Source of the DNA: a virus | Taxonomy: Duplodnaviria > Caudoviricetes | Reading direction: 5' to 3' (one strand) | Virus record (IMG/VR): IMGVR_UViG_3300025872_000062 | Location: 1 to 59,370 of that record | DNA: 59,370 nucleotides | In this document: piece by piece, positions 36,896 to 44,419 of the stretch | Layout: each line of letters opens with the position of its first letter | Position numbering within the stretch: the stretch's first letter is position 1 | Program-made: the position numbers and the translations under genes | Notes under the pieces: model-generated | Database searches by the model: none | Told to the model about the DNA's origin: nothing | Seen by the model: only the letters and a program-made list of their open reading frames with translations

Positions 36896-37412
36896 GATTG
36901 GTTGCTCCACAGGAGGGTCAAGCGGTCGCCCGATTGCGACCGTTGCTAGGTTCGCCCGCCCGCGCGGGGATACCTGCAAGGGCGGGGGATTATTTTCGGG
37001 GGCGGGGTCGGGGTCGAGGTCGGGCACTTTGTCGCCCCATGGGGGGCGGAGGAGCATGTACCTGGGATTCGTCGGGCGGGGGATTCGCCGGGTCGCGGGC
37101 GTTGCCCAGTCCCTGGCGCTTTTGCCTCCCAGTGCGGAGCGCCGGGCGGAGCGTCGAGCACGTCGAGCACGTCGAGCGGCTGAGCATGCCGCCACACCGG
37201 GCGTCGGGGCGGAGCGGCGACCGGGCCGCCAAGTCGAGCAAACCAGCGGCGCCGCTACGGGCCCTTGGGGCCCCTTCCAAGTCATGATTCTTGTCCAGCG
37301 GAGGCTGTGCCCCACACCCCTATGGCAATCCCCAGCCCCTCCAGCGGAGGCTGGCTTGTCCCCGAAGCGCATCCTCACAACCTAATCATCATTTTCTCCC
37401 GAAGAAGAAACC
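36896..37412. other. GC-rich, repeat-dense, probably non-coding region (possible genome end or control region)
   Basis: GTCGAGCAC tandem (37153-37177), TCCAGCGGAGGCTG twice (37294, 37340), GGGCGGGGGATT twice, G-tracts; abrupt GC drop near 37380. Confidence 0.5.
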
Positions 37413-38222
37413 CTAATCAGTACAGTTGCATTCTTCCAAATCGTCTTCATCGAACATAAGTGATTGCTGATTGACTGCCATATCCAGGAGTTGCCTATAG
37501 GGTGGCGTATCCTTGCGGAATCGTGCTCCTATCTTGTCTTCCATCCTTACCCACCAGTCTGCGTAGGTAGGCTCATCTCGGAAGACATTCATGCGCTTTG
37601 CATTGCCTTTGAGAAAGCAGCCAACGCAGTTTCCAAATGCAGTGTTGTCCGCAGGCAATTTCAGATCAAAGTCGTTATTTCTCCAAAAATGGAGTACGTC
37701 TTGTAGACCATGTCCTGCGCTGTACATTGGGCATACAACATCTCTATTGAGTTGATCTGTTCGTATTCTATGTACGCGTCTAGGCTCGTCGTATCTGAGT
37801 CCTACTGCTTCAGTCCATGAATCCCATTCGTATCTATCTTTGACATAGCGAGCTATAGTCCTGATCTTGCACTCTATGGTGCAGAATCGTTTTGCTGGAT
37901 TGGGTAGATAATTGCAGGAATCTATGAGCGATTCCATTGGTTCGCCATTACGACTAGCTGTGTCGTAACCGACCACCTTGTACGAGTTGGTGTTTTCGAT
38001 GCGTTCATATTCGAGCCATGTCACTGGTGCTACTCGTTCAGATACCTGTTGAACGAACTCGTAAGTAGCCTCATGCTCAAGCCCTGTATTTGCAAACAGG
38101 ACGACTACATTGCTTGGTAGGCATCCACCATGTGCCTCCACAATTTTGCAAAGCATATATCCGCTGGTTCTTCCACCCGAGAAAGATATGACTGCAGGAC
38201 CAGCTATTTTGTATGGATTCAT
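37413..38222 (-). CDS. PAPS-reductase-family (PP-loop) protein (269 aa)
   Basis: ISFSGGRTSGYML, FANTGLE, RFCTIECKI, GLRYDE, GNCVGCFLKG, terminal CNC. Confidence 0.88.
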   Translation of the reverse strand: MNPYKIAGPAVISFSGGRTSGYMLCKIVEAHGGCLPSNVVVLFANTGLEHEATYEFVQQVSERVAPVTWLEYERIENTNSYKVVGYDTASRNGEPMESLIDSCNYLPNPAKRFCTIECKIRTIARYVKDRYEWDSWTEAVGLRYDEPRRVHRIRTDQLNRDVVCPMYSAGHGLQDVLHFWRNNDFDLKLPADNTAFGNCVGCFLKGNAKRMNVFRDEPTYADWWVRMEDKIGARFRKDTPPYRQLLDMAVNQQSLMFDEDDLEECNCTD

Positions 38223-38315
38223 CAATGCATTTCTCCAAGTTTTGACTACCTGCGCTATCCTATATATTGTCAATATTACTGTCAACCGATACACTAGATA
38301 TCAGGAGGTTGGATT

Positions 38316-38627
38316 ATGCAGGAGGACTTGATCTCCATATTGCGTGAGCGCAACAAGGACATTTTTATCTGGGATGATTTCAATAATGCGCTTGTTGGTT
38401 ATGCGTCGATCATGCGTGGTGGGAAGATGGTTGATGTGGCGCTCTATGACAAGGAGCGTTGCATCGACATCATAATCTCTCAATCGGAAAGTTTGGGTAC
38501 GGAAGATCCAACTTCAGACGCTTATTCCGACGCATTGGAGTATGTCGAGTACAACCTTGAAGGTTCGTATATTGGTCCTGGCACTCCGATACTGCTTGAT
38601 CGGCATCAATCCAAGTTAGACGTGTGA
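38316..38627 (+). CDS. Conserved phage hypothetical protein (103 aa)
   Basis: AGGAGG RBS; ALEYVEYNLEGSYIGPGTP. Confidence 0.8.
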   Translation: MQEDLISILRERNKDIFIWDDFNNALVGYASIMRGGKMVDVALYDKERCIDIIISQSESLGTEDPTSDAYSDALEYVEYNLEGSYIGPGTPILLDRHQSKLDV

Positions 38628-38628
38628 C

Positions 38629-39741
38629 GTGAACTACCTATCGGTATTCAGTGGGATCGAGGCTGCATCGGTTGCGTGGCAGCCACTTGGTTGGAATCCT
38701 ATTGGATTTTCAGAGATTGACCGATTTGCATGTCGCGTGTTGTCGTATCGCTTTCCAGATGTGAAAAATTATGGCGACGCAAAGGAATTCAAAAGCTGGG
38801 GAATCGAACGCGGTTCAGTTGACGTTCTTGTCGGAGGACCACCATGCCAATCGTGGAGCATCGCTGGTCTTCGGAGAGGTCTTGACGATGAGCGTGGACG
38901 ACTCGTCATGGTCTTTCTCCAGATGGTGGAAGCGTTTCGACCCGTATGGTTTGCCTTCGAGAACGTACCTAACATCGTGTCATCGGACGGAGGAAGGGCT
39001 TTGGGCTTCCTCCTCGGGCAACTTACAGACCTCGGGTATGGGTGGGCCTATAGGTGCCTGGACGCTTCGGGGTGGGGGGTTCCCCAGAGGCGCAAGAGAT
39101 TCTTCCTTGTCGGACATTCTTCAGGAGATTTCCGACGTGCCGCCCATGTACTATTTGAGTCCCAACGCATGTCGTGGGATATTGACCCGCGCGAAGGAAA
39201 CCAATTTCACGCTGCCGGAACAACTGGAGAAAGCACTGATGCTGCGCGTGCAAGGGGAATCTGCTGGGACGGATTGAATACATCCAGGGCATTGACGAGG
39301 AAGGGTTGCAACGGACGTATAAATCAACCTGAAAAACAGAATTTCAATGCAGTGCTTCAGCCTATGTCGTTCAATTGGCAGAGCCGAGGAGACATGCGCG
39401 GGCAAACACTATCTGGAACTGCAAGCATATGCACGCAACAAGTTCCTGCAGTGCTCCACTCAGAGGATATGATCGTCAGGCGATTCACTCCGCTTGAATG
39501 CGAACGCTTGATGGGATTCCCTGACGACTTCACCAATGTGCGGTGGTACAAGTGCTGCAACACGGAATACGTCTGGCATCTTGGAGATAGGGCTTGCATG
39601 CATTGCGGTGGAGCAAAACAAGCCACCGTCATGCGTTCAACGGATAAGCGCCGTTATGAACTGCTGGGCAACTCCATAGTTGTTCCGCAATTGCGCTGGA
39701 TTGGAGAAAGGATCCAGCTTGTCTCATCGAATATGGATTAA
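38629..39741 (+). CDS. DNA (cytosine-5) methyltransferase (370 aa)
   Basis: Motif I FSGI, IV GPPCQ, VI ENV, VIII PQRRKR, IX RRFTPLECERLMGFPD, X LGNSIVVP. Confidence 0.95.
   Translation: MNYLSVFSGIEAASVAWQPLGWNPIGFSEIDRFACRVLSYRFPDVKNYGDAKEFKSWGIERGSVDVLVGGPPCQSWSIAGLRRGLDDERGRLVMVFLQMVEAFRPVWFAFENVPNIVSSDGGRALGFLLGQLTDLGYGWAYRCLDASGWGVPQRRKRFFLVGHSSGDFRRAAHVLFESQRMSWDIDPREGNQFHAAGTTGESTDAARARGICWDGLNTSRALTRKGCNGRINQPEKQNFNAVLQPMSFNWQSRGDMRGQTLSGTASICTQQVPAVLHSEDMIVRRFTPLECERLMGFPDDFTNVRWYKCCNTEYVWHLGDRACMHCGGAKQATVMRSTDKRRYELLGNSIVVPQLRWIGERIQLVSSNMD
38771..39277 (+). CDS. Nested alternative-frame ORF in the methyltransferase gene (M.EcoHK31I beta-like) (up to 168 aa)
   Basis: Stop-free +1 frame ending SLSDILQ...VPPMYYLSPNACRGILTRA...LPEQLEKAL. 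Confidence 0.55.
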   Translation: MATQRNSKAGESNAVQLTFLSEDHHANRGASLVFGEVLTMSVDDSSWSFSRWWKRFDPYGLPSRTYLTSCHRTEEGLWASSSGNLQTSGMGGPIGAWTLRGGGFPRGARDSSLSDILQEISDVPPMYYLSPNACRGILTRAKETNFTLPEQLEKALMLRVQGESAGTD

Positions 39742-39778
39742 TTGCATCCATGCTCAAACTTCACCTTTTGTAAAAACA

Positions 39779-40234
39779 ATGCAACTACTGATCAAGCCTT
39801 TGGAACTTAAACAGGCAAACGATTTTGTTTTGCTGCATCACCGACATCACAAACCAGTAGTTGGGCATCGGTTTAGTATTGGTTGCATTGATGAAGATGG
39901 TGTTTTGCGTGGGGCTTGCATTGTTGGGAGGCCCGTAGCTCGCCTGGTCGATCATACCGAAGTACTTGAAGTTACTCGCTTGGTAACAGATGGGACGAGA
40001 AATGCATGCTCAATTTTGTATGGAGCAGCTGCTAGAGCGGGAAAAGCAATGGGATATCGCAAGATTCAAACCTACATACTGGAAGATGAAATCGGAACAT
40101 CATTGCTAGCATCAGGATGGTGCTGTATGGGCTGGTCTTCTGGCGGACAATGGAAACATACAGATGGAAAACCTCGAAGAATAGATCAACCGATATGCCG
40201 TAAAGGTAGATGGGAGAAGATACTGAATCAATGA
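39779..40234 (+). CDS. XF1762/Mom-like GNAT-fold protein (151 aa)
   Basis: ANDFVLLHHRHH...IVGRPVAR...LEVTRL...NACSILY...TYIL..E.GTSLLASGW. Confidence 0.8.
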   Translation: MQLLIKPLELKQANDFVLLHHRHHKPVVGHRFSIGCIDEDGVLRGACIVGRPVARLVDHTEVLEVTRLVTDGTRNACSILYGAAARAGKAMGYRKIQTYILEDEIGTSLLASGWCCMGWSSGGQWKHTDGKPRRIDQPICRKGRWEKILNQ

Positions 40235-40265
40235 ATAACCACTGGATTAGGAATATGAGTTAGTT

Positions 40266-40472
40266 ATGTCGACACCTAAACTTCCATTTCTTGAAAAAGA
40301 TGCCATGCGCTGGAAAGATCACACCTCTTTGGTGATGAACGAACTACGAGGAGTCATTCACGCAACCGCATCTCCATCCGTCACCACTCGCCTTGAGGCT
40401 CTCTACTGGCAAGTGGAGAACATTATCAAGGATATTGACAAGACTATTTCCGATAGGCGGATTCAGAAGTAG
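40266..40472 (+). CDS. Hypothetical protein (68 aa)
   Basis: ORF filling the gap; stop 2 nt before the thyX ATG. Confidence 0.55.
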   Translation: MSTPKLPFLEKDAMRWKDHTSLVMNELRGVIHATASPSVTTRLEALYWQVENIIKDIDKTISDRRIQK

Positions 40473-40473
40473 C

Positions 40474-41124
40474 ATGAGCGTCAAACTTGTATGGGTAACG
40501 CCGTCTCCAGAGACGCAGATCATGTATTGCGCTCGTGTTTCCAGCCCGCACAGGCAGGATAGCGAGGACAAGAGACTTCTTGCGTACTGCATCAAGCACA
40601 AACATTGGAGTCCATTTGAAATGGCGTCCATGTGTCTTGAAATCCAGACTACAAGGGCTATATCCGCGCAAATCTTGCGGCATAGGTCGTTTCATTTTCA
40701 GGAATTCAGTCAGCGATATTCGCCTGTTGCCAACAAACCTGTTGTTCCAAAGATGCGCATTGCGGGAAAGACCAACCGCCAAGGTAGCCAGGAGGCCGAA
40801 TTAAGCGTTGCACAGATGGCAATAACCCAGAAGGCCACCACGCTTGTTTCGCTTCTGTGGCAGGCTTACAACGAGCTTGTCGAGAGCGGTGTGGCTACGG
40901 AGTCTGCGCGCAATATCTTGCCTCTTTGCACGGATACGATGATGTATATGTCTGGAACGATGCGGGATTGGCTTCACTACTGCCTTGTACGCTCTTCCGA
41001 AGATACCCAGAAGGAACATCGCGATATTGCGCTTGGCGTACAGGAGATCCTAAAGAAGGAAATTCCTGCCACATGGGAGGCGTTCACCAAATATCATATG
41101 GCGCAAGGTGAACAATCGGGATAG
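40474..41124 (+). CDS. thyX: FAD-dependent thymidylate synthase (216 aa)
   Basis: ARVS, HWSPFEM, QILRHRSFHFQEFSQRY, ESARNILP, TQKEHR. Confidence 0.96.
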   Translation: MSVKLVWVTPSPETQIMYCARVSSPHRQDSEDKRLLAYCIKHKHWSPFEMASMCLEIQTTRAISAQILRHRSFHFQEFSQRYSPVANKPVVPKMRIAGKTNRQGSQEAELSVAQMAITQKATTLVSLLWQAYNELVESGVATESARNILPLCTDTMMYMSGTMRDWLHYCLVRSSEDTQKEHRDIALGVQEILKKEIPATWEAFTKYHMAQGEQSG

Positions 41125-41170
41125 TATGCTTATGCATGTTGTGTCTTTCTGCGGTATGAATGCTCATGTG

Positions 41171-41197
41171 ATGCCGGCATTTTGCCGGCATTTTTTT
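41171..41197 (+). terminator. Rho-independent terminator after thyX
   Basis: ATGCCGGCA-TTT-TGCCGGCAT-TTTTTT. Confidence 0.85.
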
Positions 41198-41200
41198 GTC

Positions 41201-41230
41201 TTGCATTTTTAGCAGAAAAAGACGTATATT
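41201..41230 (+). promoter_or_regulatory. Sigma70-type promoter
   Basis: TTGCAT-18 bp-TATATT directly after the terminator. Confidence 0.55.
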
Positions 41231-41236
41231 GTCGTT

Positions 41237-41325
41237 GCGGATGGGTGGTGCCAATAACTCATTCGCGAAATAGGTTCTCCACTCGGAAATATGCCCCATG
41301 TAAATGCACATGGGGCATATTTTTT
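41237..41325 (+). ncRNA. Candidate stand-alone small RNA (about 89 nt)
   Basis: Predicted start coincides with a 10-bp stem (41237-41266), then a single-stranded linker, then a 15-bp terminator stem (41287-41322) with U-tail; no convincing ORF. Confidence 0.55.
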
Positions 41326-41388
41326 GGTTTCCTCCATAGTTCGCGCCTCATTGCGCGATGATGGTGCTTTCGATACGGCGTCGTATCG

Positions 41389-41943
41389 TTAGAAATCCAC
41401 CAGAAGAATACCGCCAAATTCTCCAAGCTCCGACCATCGACGGTCTTTCTCAAACACGCCATCGCCATCGCGCTCTACTTCACCTTCGTCTTCTGGTTCC
41501 GGGCTTGTATTTCCTTCTATCGTAATGACTCCGTACTTCATCACTTTGACAATGATGCCAATATGCGCGATACGACCGAGTGCAGGGAAATAAAACAACG
41601 CCAAATCACCTGGGAGAACTTGCTTGTATCCATCGCCTGTCCTCAATCCTTTTGCGGAAATCCACTTGTTGTTTTGTTTTGCCCATCGGCTCCAATCAGG
41701 CGTGTATCCAGTACGCGGGAAGGTTGGATCGTAAACCATGTTCAACTTGTTGGCAGCAGCCTTCATGCGATAACGCACGAAAGCGGCACACCAAGGAGAG
41801 CCTGGAGGAATCGGAGGAACACAACTGGATTGGTACAGTTCAATGTACGTTCCACGGTTCTCACCCTCTTCCTGAACTCCAATATTCGCAATGGCACCAA
41901 ACGCAGTTGCCTCTGCTATTGGACGATACGAAGCACGACTCAT
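41389..41943 (-). CDS. CHAP-domain endolysin (184 aa)
   Basis: PWCAAFV, PGDLALF, HIGII, TIEGNT. Confidence 0.9.
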   Translation of the reverse strand: MSRASYRPIAEATAFGAIANIGVQEEGENRGTYIELYQSSCVPPIPPGSPWCAAFVRYRMKAAANKLNMVYDPTFPRTGYTPDWSRWAKQNNKWISAKGLRTGDGYKQVLPGDLALFYFPALGRIAHIGIIVKVMKYGVITIEGNTSPEPEDEGEVERDGDGVFEKDRRWSELGEFGGILLVDF

Positions 41944-42338
41944 TTTGTACCTTTCCTAAACTTCGCAGTCTTCTCGGCAATGGATTTCGGTTGTGCGACA
42001 AACTGTTTGCCAGCCGCATTTCCCTTGGCTTTCGCAGCGTTGGTTGCAGCCTTCTCTGCTGAGGAAAGGGAAGACCATGCTTTGTCTGGCAAATAACGCT
42101 TCTTCCCCTCGCTGGGAGAATTATCGCTTGTGCGCCATTTCTCCTTTGTCCACTTGGCAAGGCTGTTGTCAGATTGCTTCGGCCCTTCGTAGCCACCACC
42201 ACGCTTCTTGTATTCCGCTACGGCCATCTGCGCCTTTCGCGCCGACCATTCGCCTGGATCGCCACCCTTGCTGCTTGCCTTTGCTTCGGACACAACCTTG
42301 TCCCACAACTTTGGGTTGGAACGCTTTGCACTACTCAT
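41940..42338 (-). CDS. Basic conserved phage protein, DUF5872-like (132 aa)
   Basis: KGGDPGEWSARKAQ...YKKRGGGY...SLAKWTKEKW...RYLPDKAW. Confidence 0.75.
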   Translation of the reverse strand: MSSAKRSNPKLWDKVVSEAKASSKGGDPGEWSARKAQMAVAEYKKRGGGYEGPKQSDNSLAKWTKEKWRTSDNSPSEGKKRYLPDKAWSSLSSAEKAATNAAKAKGNAAGKQFVAQPKSIAEKTAKFRKGTK

Positions 42339-42492
42339 GGGATAATCTCCAGTCTTTCAAGGGTATCAAGATGTGCATGTGGAGGCTGTCATTGTACGTT
42401 CCACAGTTATCGGCTTCTTCCTGTACTCCAATGTTTGCAATAACACCAGGTACGGTTGATTCCGCTATTGGCCGATGCGACGCACGGCTCAT
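42331..42492 (-). pseudogene. Truncated duplicate of the endolysin 5' end (53-aa ORF)
   Basis: 42393-42492 aligns gap-free with 41844-41943 at 78/100 nt; keeps a GGAGG RBS. Confidence 0.75.
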
Positions 42493-42508
42493 ATTTACCT
42501 CCATCAAG

Positions 42509-42949
42509 CTATACACCAGTGCTTCCAAGTCCACCGATCCGTTGTGCACTGGTTGACCCAGATGTTTTCACGCGTGGGGCAAACACAATCTGAGCAATGC
42601 GATCTCCTTTTGCAATCATAAACGGTTCTGGATCGTCGACAACCTTGGTAAGCAAGACTTTGATTGTGTCCTTGTAATCAGCATCGATGATCCCAGGAGC
42701 GTTGACAACCATGACTCCATGCCTTGCAGCAAGACCAGAACGGGAACAAATCATTCCATAGAAGTTGGGTGGCATATTGACGTATACGCCCGTGTCCACA
42801 ATGGTCACATGGCCGAATGCGACAACGGCGAAAGCAGCTGCAGGTAGATCGATACCGGCGCTATGCTCCGTGGACGGAACAAGCATCTCGCACGAATTTT
42901 TGACAAGAAGAACGATGTCTTCACTGGTTCCGATAGGCTCTTCGCTCAC
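42509..42949 (-). CDS. dut: Trimeric dUTPase (146 aa)
   Basis: AGIDL, SRSGLA, GIIDADY, GDRIAQ, RIGGLGSTG. Confidence 0.96.
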   Translation of the reverse strand: MSEEPIGTSEDIVLLVKNSCEMLVPSTEHSAGIDLPAAAFAVVAFGHVTIVDTGVYVNMPPNFYGMICSRSGLAARHGVMVVNAPGIIDADYKDTIKVLLTKVVDDPEPFMIAKGDRIAQIVFAPRVKTSGSTSAQRIGGLGSTGV

Positions 42950-42965
42950 TCGTAGTCTCCTGTAG

Positions 42966-43061
42966 GAGTATCAATTTATGCACCCTGGAGGGTGTCATTT
43001 TGTATACCCCTATTAACTAGAATCAAAATCAACTATAAATACCAATCCTTCGGATTGGTAT
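42966..43061. promoter_or_regulatory. Second iteron-like pair, AT-rich tract and hairpin in a divergent intergenic region
   Basis: GAGTATCAATTTATGCACCC (42966-42985) and GGGTGTCATTTTGTATACCC (42990-43009) resemble the sites at 26496-26539. Confidence 0.55.
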
Positions 43062-43149
43062 ATGCCGACCGACCAAGTTGAAAATATTGATACCATGCGG
43101 TTGCATAAGCTGCAAAGGTTGCTGTACACTTTGACAAGGAGCGGGAGGT

Positions 43150-43440
43150 ATGTCCGAGTTGTTCACTTTCCTCATAGGCGTATTTGCAACGGCAATCGCC
43201 ATGACAATGTTCAGTGGCAAGGATATGCATCGCAAGAACTCATGCGTTGCCTATATTGCCGAATCTGGAAAGTACGAACTGGGCTGGTTGGCCCAAGACT
43301 TTTATGAGTCAGATGCCTTTGTGGTAGTGGTGAACGACCATAGGAAACTACATGCGCCGCTTGTGGTGGATGCGCGCAAAGTGCGTTTCTTTACCGACGA
43401 TGGGCTTCGTATCAACGAGGCAAACTGGAAGACCCTATGA
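43150..43440 (+). CDS. Hypothetical protein with N-terminal hydrophobic segment (96 aa)
   Basis: AAGGAG RBS; ATGA overlap with ssb. Confidence 0.7.
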   Translation: MSELFTFLIGVFATAIAMTMFSGKDMHRKNSCVAYIAESGKYELGWLAQDFYESDAFVVVVNDHRKLHAPLVVDARKVRFFTDDGLRINEANWKTL

Positions 43441-43874
43441 ACAAGATTTGTATCGTGGGTCGGCTTGTGGCCGATCCTGAAACCAAAAATATTGGCGCTG
43501 ACAAGTTGTCCGTATGTGAGTTTTGCGTTGCCGTTGACAAGGCGCGGAAGAAGGACGAAACGGATTTCTTCAATGTGAAAGCGTGGGGAAAGACTGGGGA
43601 ATTCGTACAGTCCTACTTGTCAAAGGGCCGTCTTGTATCGGTTGCTGGACGTATGGATAGCCGCAAGACGGAACGCGATGGAATCAAGGTCACTTATTGG
43701 GATCTTGTTGCTGATGACGTGAATGCGTTGGATAAGCGACCTGAAGGCACCGGACAGACAACCACATCTGGTTCGTCGAACAGCAGAGGGCAATGGAGTG
43801 GTCGTCGCAATATTGAACCTGCTCCTCCACCTCCGCTTCCTGGAGAGTTGGATATCGAAGATCCTTTTGCGTAG
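43437..43874 (+). CDS. ssb: Single-stranded DNA-binding protein (145 aa)
   Basis: MNKICIVGRLVADPE, TDFFNVKAWGK, YLSKGRLVSVAGR, acidic tail DIEDPFA. Confidence 0.96.
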   Translation: MNKICIVGRLVADPETKNIGADKLSVCEFCVAVDKARKKDETDFFNVKAWGKTGEFVQSYLSKGRLVSVAGRMDSRKTERDGIKVTYWDLVADDVNALDKRPEGTGQTTTSGSSNSRGQWSGRRNIEPAPPPPLPGELDIEDPFA

Positions 43875-43889
43875 AAACAAGGAGAACAA

Positions 43890-44111
43890 ATGGCTAAGCG
43901 TATTGAGTTCCTGAAGGAACGTGGATTGACTTCCGTCATGCTTGCGGAACGATTGCAATTGACGCAACCCCAGGTTTCGATGTGGCTATCTGGAAGGCTA
44001 TGGCCTACCAAGCGCAACTTCTTCAAGCTCGTGAATGCACTTGAAGTCACACCGGAAGAACTTGGTCACTATTTGATTGATCGTTGGATTCATTCAAATA
44101 GGAAGAAGTAG
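43890..44111 (+). CDS. XRE-family HTH regulator (73 aa)
   Basis: RGLTSVMLAERLQLTQPQVSMWLSGRLWP...LVNALEVTPEEL. Confidence 0.9.
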   Translation: MAKRIEFLKERGLTSVMLAERLQLTQPQVSMWLSGRLWPTKRNFFKLVNALEVTPEELGHYLIDRWIHSNRKK

Positions 44112-44113
44112 TG

Positions 44114-44140
44114 AAATGGCCTCCAAATGGAGGCCGTTTT
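44114..44140. terminator. Probable bidirectional terminator
   Basis: AAATGGCCTCC-AAAT-GGAGGCCGTTTT between convergent genes. Confidence 0.7.
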
Positions 44141-44342
44141 ACATTGACGTGGAGATATGCCCCAAACGTCCCAATAACTTAATGTTCCTATTTTTGCCTG
44201 GAGGTATGTCGTATTTGGAATAAATGATCTGCAAATGGAAGTTGACTGTCCTTGATGTGGTTCCAATTGCTGCTGCAATTTCGGATACAGTCATGCCTTT
44301 TGCAAGATGAGTTACGATGTCATTCTCTTGTTCAATAGTCAT
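44139..44342 (-). CDS. LuxR-type HTH protein (67 aa)
   Basis: LAKGMTVSEIAAAIGTTSRTVNFHLQIIYSKYDI. Confidence 0.88.
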   Translation of the reverse strand: MTIEQENDIVTHLAKGMTVSEIAAAIGTTSRTVNFHLQIIYSKYDIPPGKNRNIKLLGRLGHISTSM

Positions 44343-44419
44343 TTTTGACCTCTTGTGTCATCAATGACACCAATCATATCACTTGCAACATTGATTGAGT
44401 TATACTCATACTGGCTATC

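Noticed and set aside
31490-37385. Long plus-strand ORFs in the GC-rich region (e.g. 33892-35277, 35282-36082, 31918-32766) and long N-terminal extensions of minus-strand ORFs
   Set aside because: Stop-poor shadows of high-GC DNA, R/P/A-rich, without RBS; the minus-strand genes have clear RBS motifs and tile the region.
43890-44342. Lysogeny switch or prophage status
   Set aside because: The XRE gene has no peptidase domain or divergent cro partner; no integrase, att site, ParA or host flanks seen. Lifestyle left open.
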